NCBI RefSeq assembly: GCF_018977255.1
Contig: NW_024704743.1
Location: 60,948,001 to 61,012,000, forward strand
Reading direction: 5' to 3'
Length of the DNA: 64,000 bases
Origin: Callorhinchus milii
Lineage: Eukaryota
Shown: piece after piece, positions 48,286 to 61,099 of the stretch
Layout: the number at the start of each line of letters is the position of its first letter
Position numbering within the stretch: the first letter of the stretch is position 1
Position numbers and translations under genes: made by a program
The notes under the pieces: model-generated
Database searches by the model: none
What the model was told of the DNA's origin: nothing
Seen by the model: the letters and a program-made list of their open reading frames with translations, nothing else

Positions 48286-50928
48286 AAACACTACAGTAAA
48301 TACAGAGAAATCCATATAAAGGATGCTCATTCAGGGATTTCAACCATCCTAAAAAGGGGGTCATCCACATAATTCTCAGTTGGTCATGCAGATTTATTCC
48401 TTGCCGTAATGGACAATGTGAAAATACAGATTGTTTTTCCATAAGGTTTGGACAAGCTGTATATAAACACTAAGTTTGTCACAGTTATAAAAGTTCAATT
48501 TTGAAATATATTTTAAAAGAAGCTCTTATTGAAAGTTTTGTTTTAATTAATTTAACACATAACTAACCATTATCAATGTGTTGGGACATTAGAATGGTTT
48601 TCTAACACTTTTGCATCTTGTTTTCTGACAAGATAACTTAATAGTAAGTCTTTTCAAGTTAAAAATCAATTAATCCTCTTGAGATACTTAGTAACAACTG
48701 AACAAGCTTTGTTTTGGAGTAGAGCCCTTTGAGCTATTCAGCCTTGAGATTGAATCCTTTTTCCGGGCAATTCAAGTGCCGTCCTTCTTGTTCACACATT
48801 ATAGCTTCACAAGATGTCTCTAGCACACATTGTCAATGTTCCGCATTTTCCAAGTAATCTGGCATCTTCAGGCAATACAAAGGTAGTTGTGAACCAACAT
48901 GTTTTCACCGTTTTAGGATAAGGGTAGCTTGGCTGTAATTCAGTTCAAAAAAATCACCCTCGCATTTGTGAAAGCATATATTTTTATATTGCTTTAATAT
49001 GCTGTTCAGACATATCTCAGCATTTAATTTTGTACTTTATTTAAACTGTTTTCAAATTTGAGCACTGGGATACAATGCCCTGGTGAGCTGTAGCATGATG
49101 GCATTCAGGTTTGTGCTGCCGACTCCCTATATAAACTCCCTATATGCGTTCTCAAACTCTGGCAGGTCATCAGTAGGAGGTAATTAGAGACCAGATAAAT
49201 CTCCACAGAAAAGGATGTTCTTGTGAGCTCCTGGTGATCAATTACAAGATGGCATCAGCAGTGGCTTTTACTGCAGCTTGGAAATACTGCACAGTTTGGG
49301 AGGAACCAAGTGGCACAAAGAATGAAAAGAAAAGAAAAAACAAAATCTATTTAGACCACATCTTGATTAAAATAATACTCCCCTCTGCAAATGAGAAAAC
49401 TAAACTGAAATGAATTCCTGAATTACTTTAGGAAGTAATGTAATCTTGATTCATTACACTTCTAAACTTGTTAATTCATGGGTTAATTTCATTATGCAGA
49501 CTTTTGCCCAGAGGACTTTGAATTACATTTCTATACCTGTAGCCACCATCTGTCCAATGAAAAATGCATCTTGCCATTGCAATTGGTAACAAAATATATC
49601 TGTAGGCATTCTTTTGATTTTATTTCACATTACATTGGTACAAGACTAGTGAGCAATATAATAACTCTCACTCCCCCAGTTGCTACAGAGGGAGAATTTT
49701 TTGTCTCTGATTAGATTATTTAAAGCATTTCATAGAGATTTCACAATCCATTTATATAATTCTGGTTAATACAGAACACAAGGAGGAAATGGAAAACTTT
49801 GGTACGAGATGTGTCAAATGTAGTTTGAAACTTTTATATATCAACAAGAACCAAGACAGGTCAGTAAAGGGAGTAATAGGAACAAATTTAAATCCGAAAG
49901 GCCTGATGAGATGATTGAAAATAATAATTCATGAACATCCTCCCAGTCAACTATAGCAGCTTGCTAATTATAAAGACAGATATTATTCATTAGGTATTTG
50001 AAACCATTTCTCACAGAATGGTTTCACTGACCTCTGATGCTATTAATATTCAGAAATGATTGCTCAAAATGTTCTGTCATTCAAATACTATCAAAGCTAA
50101 TGTACTGAGGCACTAAAATCTAAATGCCAATTCCATTAGCCTCTCAATTACCTTCATTGTTTAATTACCAGTTCAAAAATGAAAGTGTCACTTCCTGGTG
50201 GAATTTATTAAAAAAAGTTCCATTTTTTTTATGTCACCAAACAGGCACTGTTCATATTAAATCAGCTCAAAACCATCTTACTATTTAATTGCAGATAATT
50301 AGTTGACAGAACCATTCCAAGAAAAAATATACTATATGGAAACAAACATTTTCAGTACATGATCCATCATGTTCACATGACTTGTTTTTAAGAAGCCCTT
50401 TCTTTTAATTCACGTTACAGCTCTTTCAAAATAATAAGCCTTCATGTTTTTACTGCTCAGGTGTTGTCCAGTTACCTGTTGAATCATTCTATTGCTCAAG
50501 CTTCAATAAGCACCTAGATAATGGATTCCACCTGGATAATGGATTCATAACAACCTCTGAGGTTAGGAAATGTATTCTCACCTCTCGCATGATACTTCTG
50601 CTCACAACTTCAGGATTATGCCACCTTGTCAATTTCCCCCAACTATGGAAATAGCATTTCCTAAATTACTTTGTCATACCATTTCAGAATTTTAAACAGC
50701 TCTATCATATCCCCTTTCAATCTCTGTTACACAAGAAAGGTTAAAGGTAAAATATCACCTGCGTCATCCAACACAATTATAAAGTAAATCCAATTAAAAA
50801 TAACCAAACAAAGATCATGATTTATTATCAAATTGTTAGATTATTTGTTGACTGCTTAGTCTCAGTTAGGACTCATTCAAAAACATATATTTTGCCACTG
50901 TAGTTATAATTTTGCCACTGTAGTTTGC

Positions 50929-51244
50929 AGTCCTGTAGCTCAGTGGTGAGAGCACTCGCTTTGCAAGCGAGAGACCTGAGTTCAATTCCAGGCAGGGCGA
51001 AACCTTGGGCAAGTTTCCTTACTCCACACAGAGCCTAATAATAATCCTCCAAAAAAACAAAACAATAATAAATTGGTCATTTTCAATCTACGACTGTTTG
51101 TGGGACATTGCTGTGCGCAATTGGCTGCCGCGTTCGCCCACAAATATACAGTCAATTCACTCTACAGTGTGTTCTGTGAAGCGCTTTGGGACGTCCTCCC
51201 GACGTGAAAAGCGCTATATCAAATGCAAGGATTATTATTATTAT
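50929..51244 (+). mobile_element. tRNA-derived SINE, short form, young
   Basis: Intact A and B boxes. Anticodon-like loop ctcgc-tttgcaa-gcgag (TGC = Ala). L2-type tail. Confidence 0.92.
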
Positions 51245-51256
51245 TTTTATTAATAA

Positions 51257-51700
51257 GGTGTCAGTCTGGCTCAGTATGTAGCACCTTTCCTCTTAGTCAG
51301 AAGGTTGTGGGTTCAAATGCCATGTTGGAACTTTGGGCTCATAGTCCGGCTAACACTCCAGTGAAGAGTTGCAAGTGCCCCTTCAGATGAGATGTTAAAC
51401 ATCATGGCCACATCACTTTTTTTTTTAAAATGCCTGTTCAGTTGGACATTAAACACCTCAGAACACTATTCAAAAAAGATTTGTTCCTGGTATCCTGTCC
51501 AACAATCCCCAGATTATATTGGTCATGTACTTCAAGGTTGCCTGTAGGACTTTGCACAGTGCAAATTGGCTGCCACATTCGCCTACAAAAACAAGTTATA
51601 ACACTTTAATATTAATCATTGCATTTGATATGGCACTTTTCTCACTTTGAGACTTCTCTCTGACATGAAAGATGCTATGTCAAATCAAGGATTAGTATTA
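51257..51700 (+). mobile_element. DeuSINE (SacSINE1-like), degraded, directly downstream of a young SINE
   Basis: Homologous to 41510-41943. Confidence 0.75.
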
Positions 51701-54700
51701 ATAAAGATTTCTGCATATTTTATCCAGTGGTTTGGTAAATTTTCTTCTCATCATTTAAGGATATCAGTCTTAGGAACGGAACATTTCCACTTTGGGAACC
51801 CAGTGGCAACATCAAGTACAGCCCAACCAGTAGAAGAGTAAAGTTCCCCCTACTATGTAGCAATTTGTCACTGTGTGGTATAAAATTAATATAAACACTT
51901 TGAAAGTACGGGTTATTAACAGGTATGGGGAAAAGAGATTTTATACATTTGCCACGTTCGAATAAACTGGTAAAAAAGACTCAACAGACTGAATGGCTTC
52001 CTTTGTTTTTATGTTTCTAACATCGTGCTCTTAACCCCAGCCTCAGAAAAGTACGCCTTGTGCAACAGTGCAATGTCTTGACTGATCTTCCAACCATTTT
52101 TATAGCCTTAGAGTCAGACTGCCAACTTAGTCCTGAACTGTGTCTAACTGTAACAGCTCTCTTTTCCTGCTAGGGACTGAGTTCAGACTGAGATATGCAA
52201 CTGCTGCACAATTTTGGCAAGACCTGGACATAGTCTGAAAGAACTACAGGCCCTTTCGCTTACAGACTGTCTTGGTTGTAAACCATCAGCTCAGATATTT
52301 TAAATATGTTCAGGGCAACTTCCCATGAATTTACTGCACAGATTCACCACCAATATCACTAAGCTCCGGGTGCTGCTTCCTATAGTTTGTCACTGTAGGC
52401 ATATGTGTAGGTCACTGAATATCAAATTGGCTGATTCAATAAACCATTTTTTTCTTGTAATCATTCAGTTCAGGATAAATGTTTTCATCTGTCATAATAC
52501 TCCTATATTTTGTGTCACAGAGGCTACAGGCATTTCCTCCTTAGTAATTAACTGTTGAGAAAAAAAAACCTTAGGCATTATCTATCTTATCTTCCAGTCT
52601 CTTTTCAATAGAGAAGATGCTGAAGATTTAATCTCTTACCAATTTACCCAAATCCACGTTGTGTAATAGATCTTTATTTGGCATTACAAAGAGTAACGGT
52701 TTAATTTAATTTTCAATTTCATTTTTCTCATTAACATCACATCTGTCACACATTGTTGTTAATTTACAAATTTCAAAGAAAACTTGTAACCCGAACCAAG
52801 ACAGATAGGTATTATCAGCCTGCCTTTTTATTTGTCAACCAGGTGTCGGATACATGGGGAAACCCATCACCACATTTAAGAGTATCCAGACCACACTGAA
52901 AGTTTCACGCATCCCATCTACACATGGAACTTCTTGTGTACTGGAAAGGAATGGGCATTCTCTCCCTGGAGGGCTGCATCCTGCTTACCTAATTCTGGAA
53001 AATATTAGGTATAAGCTGGCAAGAGTCAAGGCTTGGAACCCTGGAGTGTGTGTTGTATATTACTTGTTTAATCAGTTTAATCAGTTAAAAATGCTTAGGT
53101 TGTCATTGGAAGCACCAACTAGCAAATGTTCTCTCCGCCTGTCCAGTTAGGAACACCCTCACAATTTAGCTTGCAGAATTAACCGGAGCTGAGTGTGAAG
53201 AATCCCTGCCCTTGCATTCCCCTAAAAAGTAGTCGTTCCACTTTACAGAATATCCTATGAAGCACTTTGAGATGTCCAACCAATGTGAAAGGCACTATAT
53301 CAAAGGTATTATATGATTACTTTGAGAGCACGATCGAAGGTGAAGTGAACGCAGGTTACTCACCTGCCCTTTTGATTCACTTTAAGAAAGTGCCACCATC
53401 AAAGAGTTTATTCACAGCACAACAATTATAAGCTATTTAGGACTAAAGTTGTCCATTAATTCAAAGTTTTAATCTTTACCAATTAAATGGTTAAGATTCT
53501 GAAATGAGTGAAAATGGATATGAGTGAAATCTTCTGGTAAGAAAAAAGAAATCTTACAGGAAGATATTTGAGTTATTAGATTCCTTGGTACATTTGACAG
53601 CTCAGACATACAGATTTGAAACAATTGTTTTCTAATGTATTCTGCACCACAACTGCGGTATAAATAGAACAATTTGTAATACAGACCTAAATATGGAGTT
53701 GATCCACAGAAACTGGGTCACATACAACTCACTAATGCCTGGCCCTTATTAAAGGATTCTTTTCATGTTCAATGTCTCATGAATATTTAGTCAGAAATCA
53801 TTCCATAGAATTCTGTATATCGATGGCATTTTGTTGGATGGGACTATTTCACTTTACGTTAGAAAATGCTATCGAAAATATTTTGGGTTCTGCTCTATTT
53901 ATACTGAATATTTAATGGCAAATTGCTGTGATTTGGGCAATTATTTACTGCCAATGTGCAGTATAAATTGGCTCCTGACACCAGCTGAAGAATAAATGCA
54001 GGAGTGTGAAATGCGCTGGCCCAGTGCCCCTGTTTTCCTTTTAGAGTGCTTGGATGGACAGCCAGTGAGGTATGAACAGAGTATTTTTAACATCATGCAT
54101 GTGCAGAATACCAGAATCAGTATTTTATAATCTGAAATCGAAATGAAAATAAATTGGCTTAGGCAGGATAAACCTGATTTACTGTTTCACATTACTATAT
54201 ATACCTTCAGAAGCAACGCAGTTTCACTCTGGCCAATATACCTACAGCACAATTTTTTTAATATACTAAAGCTTTTAACAGAAAATATTAAGCATAAATG
54301 TATTCCAAGGGGAAATTAACTATTACACGTATAGGAAGCCAGACAGAAAATCTGTTCTCAGATATTTGGCACAGGGTTAAATGTATTCATGAAGAGGAAC
54401 AAAAAATATGAAGAATGTCATTCAGTTTCATAAGTGGTATTAAATTGATCTCATAAAAAATAATGCAAATTGACATTAATATTTATGAAATTGTAACCTT
54501 GTTCCTAACCACATATTTTGATGCAAATCGGATTATTTAGTCACATATACAAAAACATTTAGAAAAAATGTGGTTACCCAAGGTCAAACTTCTTGGAGAA
54601 ATAACATTTGGCGCAAAAATTGCTTGCAATGCTCATGTTTTGAAACACAAGCGCACTTAAACCCAACCCCTGTTATATTTCTGGTCACCTATGTAATAAA

Positions 54701-55204
54701 TACCATCAGTTAAATTTGGGGCAAATCCTCCACGTTCATGAAATCAAAACACATTACAGCTAACTCTATTTATGCTGATGAAGAGTGATCTAAAAGGGGT
54801 ATAGTTGGATTTACCTAAGAGGAAGGAAAACAGCTATTCAAGAAACAAAACCCTTATATACAGTTCTGTCAAATAACAGTTTTCATTCATTGAAGATTTA
54901 AGATTGTAAAACTCCAAATCAGATTTACAGTGGCACTTCAATGATCAAAGATATTCTGCTAGGACTGTTTGCCACTATCGGTCATATTAGTTGACGTAAC
55001 CTTTTAAAATGGGTCACTATTTTAAAACTATATTTTAATATAGTAAAAGACTTTGCTAACTGAAATTCTAAGTTAACTTGAAGTTAACTTTACAGTATAT
55101 TCTGTGAAGCGCTTTGAGACGTCTCAACAACGCGATAAGGAACTATATGAAATGACATGACTATTATTAACTAGCAGATCAACAGGTCTCACGCTAGCAG
55201 TTAC

Positions 55205-55363
55205 CTTGAGGAGAGAATCGACGTATACATTGTGCTGTGACATAATTTCTTTCACGTCCCATTTAACATTTGCCATAAGATGTAGCATCTGTTCATAATC
55301 AATGGCTTTGGCAGCCACGATCCAATAAATTGGCTTACGTAGCTCACTTGCAGTTGATACAGT
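55205..55363 (-). CDS. VPS50: VPS50 coding exon, 159 nt, phase 0->0
   Basis: caaacag|ACT GTA...CTC AAG|gtaact. Translates [53 protein letters not shown] (overlaps ORF 55124..55318). Follows a 128-nt intron. Confidence 0.97.
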
Positions 55364-55491
55364 CTGTTTGGGGGAGAAAACAAAAGGAAAAGCAGAGTAA
55401 ATGTGGTAGCCAGATATTCATAAAAAGTCTTCCAAGTGCATTTTAAAATTAATAAATAGCAGTTTTATATCTGAAGAATTTGATGTCCTAC

Positions 55492-55588
55492 CTGTGAATA
55501 AAACTGCTGCAAAAATGGCTTCTTGGCTGAAGGCATCATGGCATCGAGATGGGGCTGTAGACATTCAAATTGTTCAGCTAAAAATACT
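55492..55588 (-). CDS. VPS50: VPS50 coding exon, 97 nt, phase 2->0
   Basis: ttcttag|A GTA TTT...TCA CAG|gtagga. Translates (L)[32 protein letters not shown]. Confidence 0.96.
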
Positions 55589-55826
55589 CTAAGAACAATA
55601 GACAAAGATAGCTAGAATTAGAAGGTCATTTACATAGTGACTTTCACATCAGAAGGACATTATTATGTGTAACGCATTACAAATGCTGCATGTATCCCTT
55701 TGTTCACATGGAACAGGACACACATGAATCAAATTAGCAGTTGAGGAGTTGAGATGTTGCATCCTCAAAAGCTATTATCTGTTAACTTATCAACGTATTC
55801 ATCTTTCAAACTATTCTCACCTCCCA

Positions 55827-57038
55827 CCTCCCACCTAAACCTTCAAGGCCCTGTCCTTGAGTGGTTTAGGTCGTACCTCTCCCACCGTCTTCACTTTGTC
55901 TCCACAAATGGTTTTTCCTCCGGCCCCCGCACTGTCTTGTGCGGTGTTCCTCAGGGCTCTGTCCTCGGTCCCCTCCTCTTCACCCTCTATATGCTCCCCC
56001 TTGGTGACATCATCCGCAGACATGGGGTTAACTTCCACATGTATGCGGATGACATCCAACTCTACCTTTCCTCCTCTACCCTCAACTCCACGACCACCGA
56101 TGTCCTGACAGCCTGCCTGTCCGACATCGAGTCCTGGACGAGAGACAACTTTCTTCAGCTCAACGTGCGAAAAACTGAGGCCCTCCTGATTGGCTCACGT
56201 CAGCGCCTCCGCACCTCAGGCGCTGACACCATCAGCATCCAAGGCTGCACTCTCCACCTCTCAAAGCCAGTCAGGAACCTCGGCGTTCTGTTCGACCCTG
56301 AGCTGTCCTTTCTCCCTCATATCCGCGCCACGACTGGCACCGCCTTCCATCACCTCCGGAATGTCGCCAGACTACGGCACTACCTCACCCCTCACGCTGC
56401 AGAAACTCTGGTCCACGCCTTTATCACCTCAAGGCTGGACTATGGGAACCCTCTCCTCGCCGGCCTTCCCGCCACCTCCCTCCACAAGCTGCAGGTCATT
56501 CAGAACTCTGCAGCTCGTGTACTGTCCCGCACCAGGCTTCGGGACCACATCACTCCCACCCTCGCTCCCCTCCACTGGCTCCCCATCCCCCAGAGGATCG
56601 AATTCAAGATCCTCATCCTCACCTACAAGGCCATTCACGGCCTTGCTCCCTCCTACCTCTCCGACCTACTATCCCCCTACCTACCTGCCGTACCCTCCGA
56701 TCCTCTGGCTCCGGTCTGCTCCACATCCCCTGCCCCAACCGCCCTACCATCGGTGGCCGGGCCTTCAGCCTCTCAGCCCCGAGGCTCTGGAACTCTATCC
56801 CCCAATGCCTTCGCCGCCTCCTCCCTTTCCTCCGTCAAGGCCCGTCTCAAGACCTTTCTCTTTGACCGAGCCTTCAGCTCCCCTCTCGACTCTCTACCCC
56901 CTCCTCGCTCCCTCCCTTCCCTCCCCTCACTCTGACCATTTCCCCCCTGCTCGGGTCCTGACCCAATTGTACAGCGCCTTGGGACGTCCTCCCGACGTGA
57001 AAGGCACTCAATAAATGGAATCTTGTTGTTGTTGTTGT
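55827..57038 (+). mobile_element. L2-clade LINE, 5'-truncated young copy (RT C-terminal half plus 3' tail), antisense in a VPS50 intron
   Basis: ORF 55754..56935 contains the RT motifs [13 protein letters not shown] and [10 protein letters not shown], plus the L2-typical [10 protein letters not shown] and [15 protein letters not shown]. Apparent frameshift near 56690. Ends in gggacgtcctcccgacgtgaaagg...(ttg)n. Confidence 0.93.
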
Positions 57039-59731
57039 AAAATTTCACAACAATGTCACAGGCCTCCCAACCTTATATTCTCCAGATGGTGAGGTTGGGT
57101 GAATGTTCTGACCAAGAAGATCCTTTGAGTACAACCTCCAGAGTCAGAGCCAAATGGCAATTGTGAGAAACATCCCTGAGATGGATTGGTCTAGGCTTCC
57201 CTGTGTCAGAGCATTATATTTTGTGATGTGAGGAGGAAGGAACCAATATAAAGTGGTTTTGTTGTGCATGCCAAAGCTGGGTCTATATAGGAGCTGATAG
57301 TGAAGGCACATTCTGATCAGAAACATTCCCTGCAAGTGGTTGCCACAGTTTGTTAAGTAGTTTGAGTGTCAACAATTCTGGCTTTGAGAATTTCTTCCAC
57401 ACCACCCACTACAATATGTTCCAGTAACAATACTTGGTGCTATGGCTAGAGAATCCAATTTGGAGGTGGGAGTCACTTTTGTAACATTGATCAATACCTC
57501 GCTAAAAACAGTTCCAAGGACATTTTCCAGCTAACCAAATGACAAAATATAGATTGACCTGATGTGCTATTGCTGTAGTAAGGTTAGTGGTATTAAGACT
57601 GTTAGATAAGCTTATTACTCATCAATTATGATTACTCATCAGTTATTATTAGTAATAAGATATTAATAGTTATAATTCGTAATAGTTTGTAATAGTTATT
57701 ATGAAAAGTGTATATCCTTGACTGTTCAATGCCTTGGGACATCCTCTCGACGTGAAAGGTGCTATATAAATGTAATTAGTTGTTGTTATGAGAAATCAAT
57801 TCTAACTGAACAGCGTGCACGTACTGGAAGGGTTTATTAGTAACTAGAGGACACCTTAAATAACTATCAATGTTAACCTTTCATTTTGTCTTCAGAAAAG
57901 ACAAGCAATATCTGCTACTTGAACAAAAAAGTAATTTTACAATACAAAATTATATTTCTATGGTGCCTTTCACATCGGGAGGACTTCCCAAGGCGCTGAA
58001 TCTTGGAATGTAATGAGGATTACAGGGTTTAATATAATACATCTCAATAATATGATTAATATATTATACGAAAATTTGTGTTTAGAAATGTTCACTGGCT
58101 ACTGTTGCTGGCTACTGGATTTTCCCTTCAAATTAACACTCATGGTTCTAAGCTTTCCCACTGCCAGTTTAGTGTTGCCACCATTCCTTACACTTCCATC
58201 ATCTCATTGCAACTTAAATAATCGAAATAATCTTTGTATGTGATAATGGGATCCAAAATGTCTAACAGGAATTTCCTAAAAAGGAATCACGTAAACAGAG
58301 TCATGTAAATATAATGTTACCATTAATATGCATTATTGTCCACACAGTACTTATGGAGCAGAGTTCCCCAGAGAATTCTGATGGGATTAAGAAATCCTCG
58401 AACAAATCAACACAGTTTAGTTTCTAGTGTGCATGTATATGGTGAATAATTTTGATACTTCTCCAGCTAATTACAACAACAAGATTACATTTGTATAGCG
58501 CCTTTCACGTCGGGAGGACGTCAATTAATTAAATTAAGTCCAGCTAACAAAAAAAATATTCCTACAGCTTCCTGGAGACTTATCATTTAAAGTCTGAACT
58601 GCTGAGCAGCACTGAGCAGCTACCAACCCTGAGCTCAGTCTGTGAGGAGCTCTACAATGATTTCTATTTATTCTTGTCCAGGGTGATAATTAGAAGATAT
58701 CAAAAAGAGTGACATTCATACTACTGATGTCAGGGAAATTGCTCTGTGCTCTGTGAGGCATAAAATGGCTGCAACCTTTCAGATTATGTATAAATGAGCA
58801 AATTTTTGACAAGTTATCTTCCTCCAAGTAAATCATAGATTAGGGATAATTTAGATTATAAATTTGATATCTTATATTTGTAGACACCATTATTCATTAC
58901 TATTAAACAATAAAAAATGGACTGCTGGTAATCTGGATTGATATTGGTTAATTCAAGGTACAGCAAATCATGAGGAACAATGTAGCCAGATTCAGAAGGA
59001 TTTGGATCTTCAAAGAAACTGGGACTAAGAAATGATATAAGAAATCATAATGAGAAAAGGCCCATCAACCATACTTCCTTCTAAAGACCATCTGTAACCT
59101 GCTCTATCATGCACTCTCCCCAAACGTTGAATCTTTCAATCTCCCTTTCTTCCAATTGGAAAACAAGCAAATCTCTAGTGAATCTATCTTACCTTGCAAC
59201 CCACTGTATTTGTTCATAATGTGACATTTCTGTATTTCGACAAACATGAAAAAGTCACAACGACAAATGGGTAGTTATGTATAACAGAGGACTGGCAGAT
59301 CTCATTGTTCAGTTGACATTTGTAGTCTCATCAACACAGCACAGGGAGCTATTTTTCATTGCTTCAGTGCAGGCTCTGCTGGAAGCACTGTTTATTTTTA
59401 TCTTTAATTTCTTTCTTTGCAAAACCAGGTTCTGTTTGAATTTGCAGCAAGACACAATTTATAGCAAATAATTCATTAAAACATTGAGTTAAAGGCTTCT
59501 ATGATTCATGTAAAGTAAAACTTCAAGAAATAAATCTCAAAGATACCAGTTTGTGCATTTAACAGTCCTTACACTTTTTGAAATGTAGAATTACATAAAA
59601 CATTCTAGGGGATTTCATAGAAAATTTTATGAAATTGCAGGATTCCTCTTACGAAAATTAAAATCAAACATCTTGTTTTCTCTTCAATTCCACTCTCTCC
59701 CATCATTGAAATAAATATGGAAGTGACTTAC

Positions 59732-59880
59732 AAGGATTCAGTAGCCACGACCCGCTCCGCCAGACCATACAACATTTCAGTGGAGTTCAGAACCACCAGA
59801 TGGCTCAGGTGTGGACTTGGAACCTTTTCTTTTCTCTCTTCTACAGAAGTCAACGGCCCTGTGTTTTCAGGTGGTGCTTC
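59732..59880 (-). CDS. VPS50: VPS50 internal coding exon (most 5' exon visible in window), 149 nt, phase 0->2
   Basis: Minus strand ctctttgtag|GAA...TCCTT|gtaagt. Translates [49 protein letters not shown](L), matching the recalled vertebrate VPS50 motif [18 protein letters not shown]...[14 protein letters not shown]. Phase joins the next exon. Confidence 0.95.
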
Positions 59881-60597
59881 CTACAAAGAGATCATCAAGG
59901 TTTACATGATATTTCACAAACAAAACATAAGGGTAAAACAATGGCCTCAATAACTAATTTTGTTGACCTGAATAGGCAAAAAACTACTCTTGCAAAATAA
60001 ACTATTCCACATACTGTATTCGACTCTATCAAATAACTTCTCATCACACTTGAGAGTTAGATATACTTATAATCCTAACTGTGCAAAAAGGTTTAACGCT
60101 TCATAGACTGGTCACATAGATGCTTGGGAGCACAGTTAAGCCTACTAATTTTGACATCAACAAATTAAATTTCTGGCCAGTCCAAAGTCTCCTAATGAAC
60201 TAAACAAAGCTGCTCTGAGACACCCCCACACCTTCCCAAGTCAGTGGTGCTACTTAAATGACCAAAGAGAAAGTTGGGTCTTTTACAAAAGTGACATATT
60301 GGTGGACATAAAGGATTTAGAAAGAATATTAGTTTTACCGACAAGAACAGAAGAGGAAGCATTTTCAATAGAAATGATTTATTCCAGCCCTTCATCCCCC
60401 TCAATACAAATAGCTTCTTTAAGAGGTGCTGATCCAATAAACAGGTGGGTATCACTCACAGGCGTTCGAAAAGCTCAAGATCTCTGTACACGTTTTTCTT
60501 CTGAGAGAAAAACTTTTTTAAAAAACATTCTTCCCTTTTTTGAGCCTCTCTGTACAGTGGCTCATAACTAAAGAACAGGAGTGCTTCCTGCCCCCAA

Positions 60598-60837
60598 AAT
60601 ATACTGTAAAGTGAATTGACTATGTATTTGTGGGCGAAACGCGGCAGCCAATTGTGCACAGCACCGTCTCACAAATAGTCGTGGATTGAAAATGACCAAT
60701 TTATTATTGTTTTGTTTTGGAGGGATTATTATTAGGCTCTGTGTGGAGTAAGGAAACTTGCCCAAGGTTTTGCCCTGCCTGGAATTGAACCCGGCTTGCA
60801 AGGTGAGTGCTCCAACCGCTGAGCTACAGGACTCCAC
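60598..60837 (-). mobile_element. tRNA-derived SINE lacking its 3' tail
   Basis: Head and body present; homology stops at aatatactgtaaag. Confidence 0.85.
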
Positions 60838-61099
60838 ATTGCTCTACCCAGGAATAACAATATTGGCAACATGTTAACACATCTCTGAAATGTGTCCAGC
60901 ACTTTTGTAAAACTTACAGAGGGCCATTCCAACGAAAATATTTTTTTAAATCATGGCCTGCAAAGGTTATCATCAATAATAACTATTAAAATAATAAATT
61001 ATTAATAACAATAGGTTCAACTTTTATCTCTGTGGGTACCAGTATGAGTAAATTTCAGGCTTGGTTTACAGCTCATTTATAATCAGAATTAATTATGAG

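Noticed and set aside
49903..49920. CTGATGA-gatgatt-GAAA hammerhead-like core
   Set aside because: Stem II cannot form properly, and I see no stems I/III or Penelope flank.
50929..51000. tRNA-Ala(TGC)-like sequence
   Set aside because: It is a SINE head with no pairing acceptor stem, continuing into the SINE body; not a tRNA gene.
53364..53432. Consensus minus-strand donor CAG|gtgagt at 53363
   Set aside because: Weak upstream acceptor and an in-frame stop in phase 0. Isolated donor matches are expected by chance.
54340..54760. Possible old DNA-transposon relic sharing aa(t/a)tgcttgca..gctca with 19333-19352
   Set aside because: Only one short shared word, and I could not define TIRs or a TSD.
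60299..60571. 90-aa plus-strand ORF
   Set aside because: GTG start, no recognisable family, antisense within an intron.
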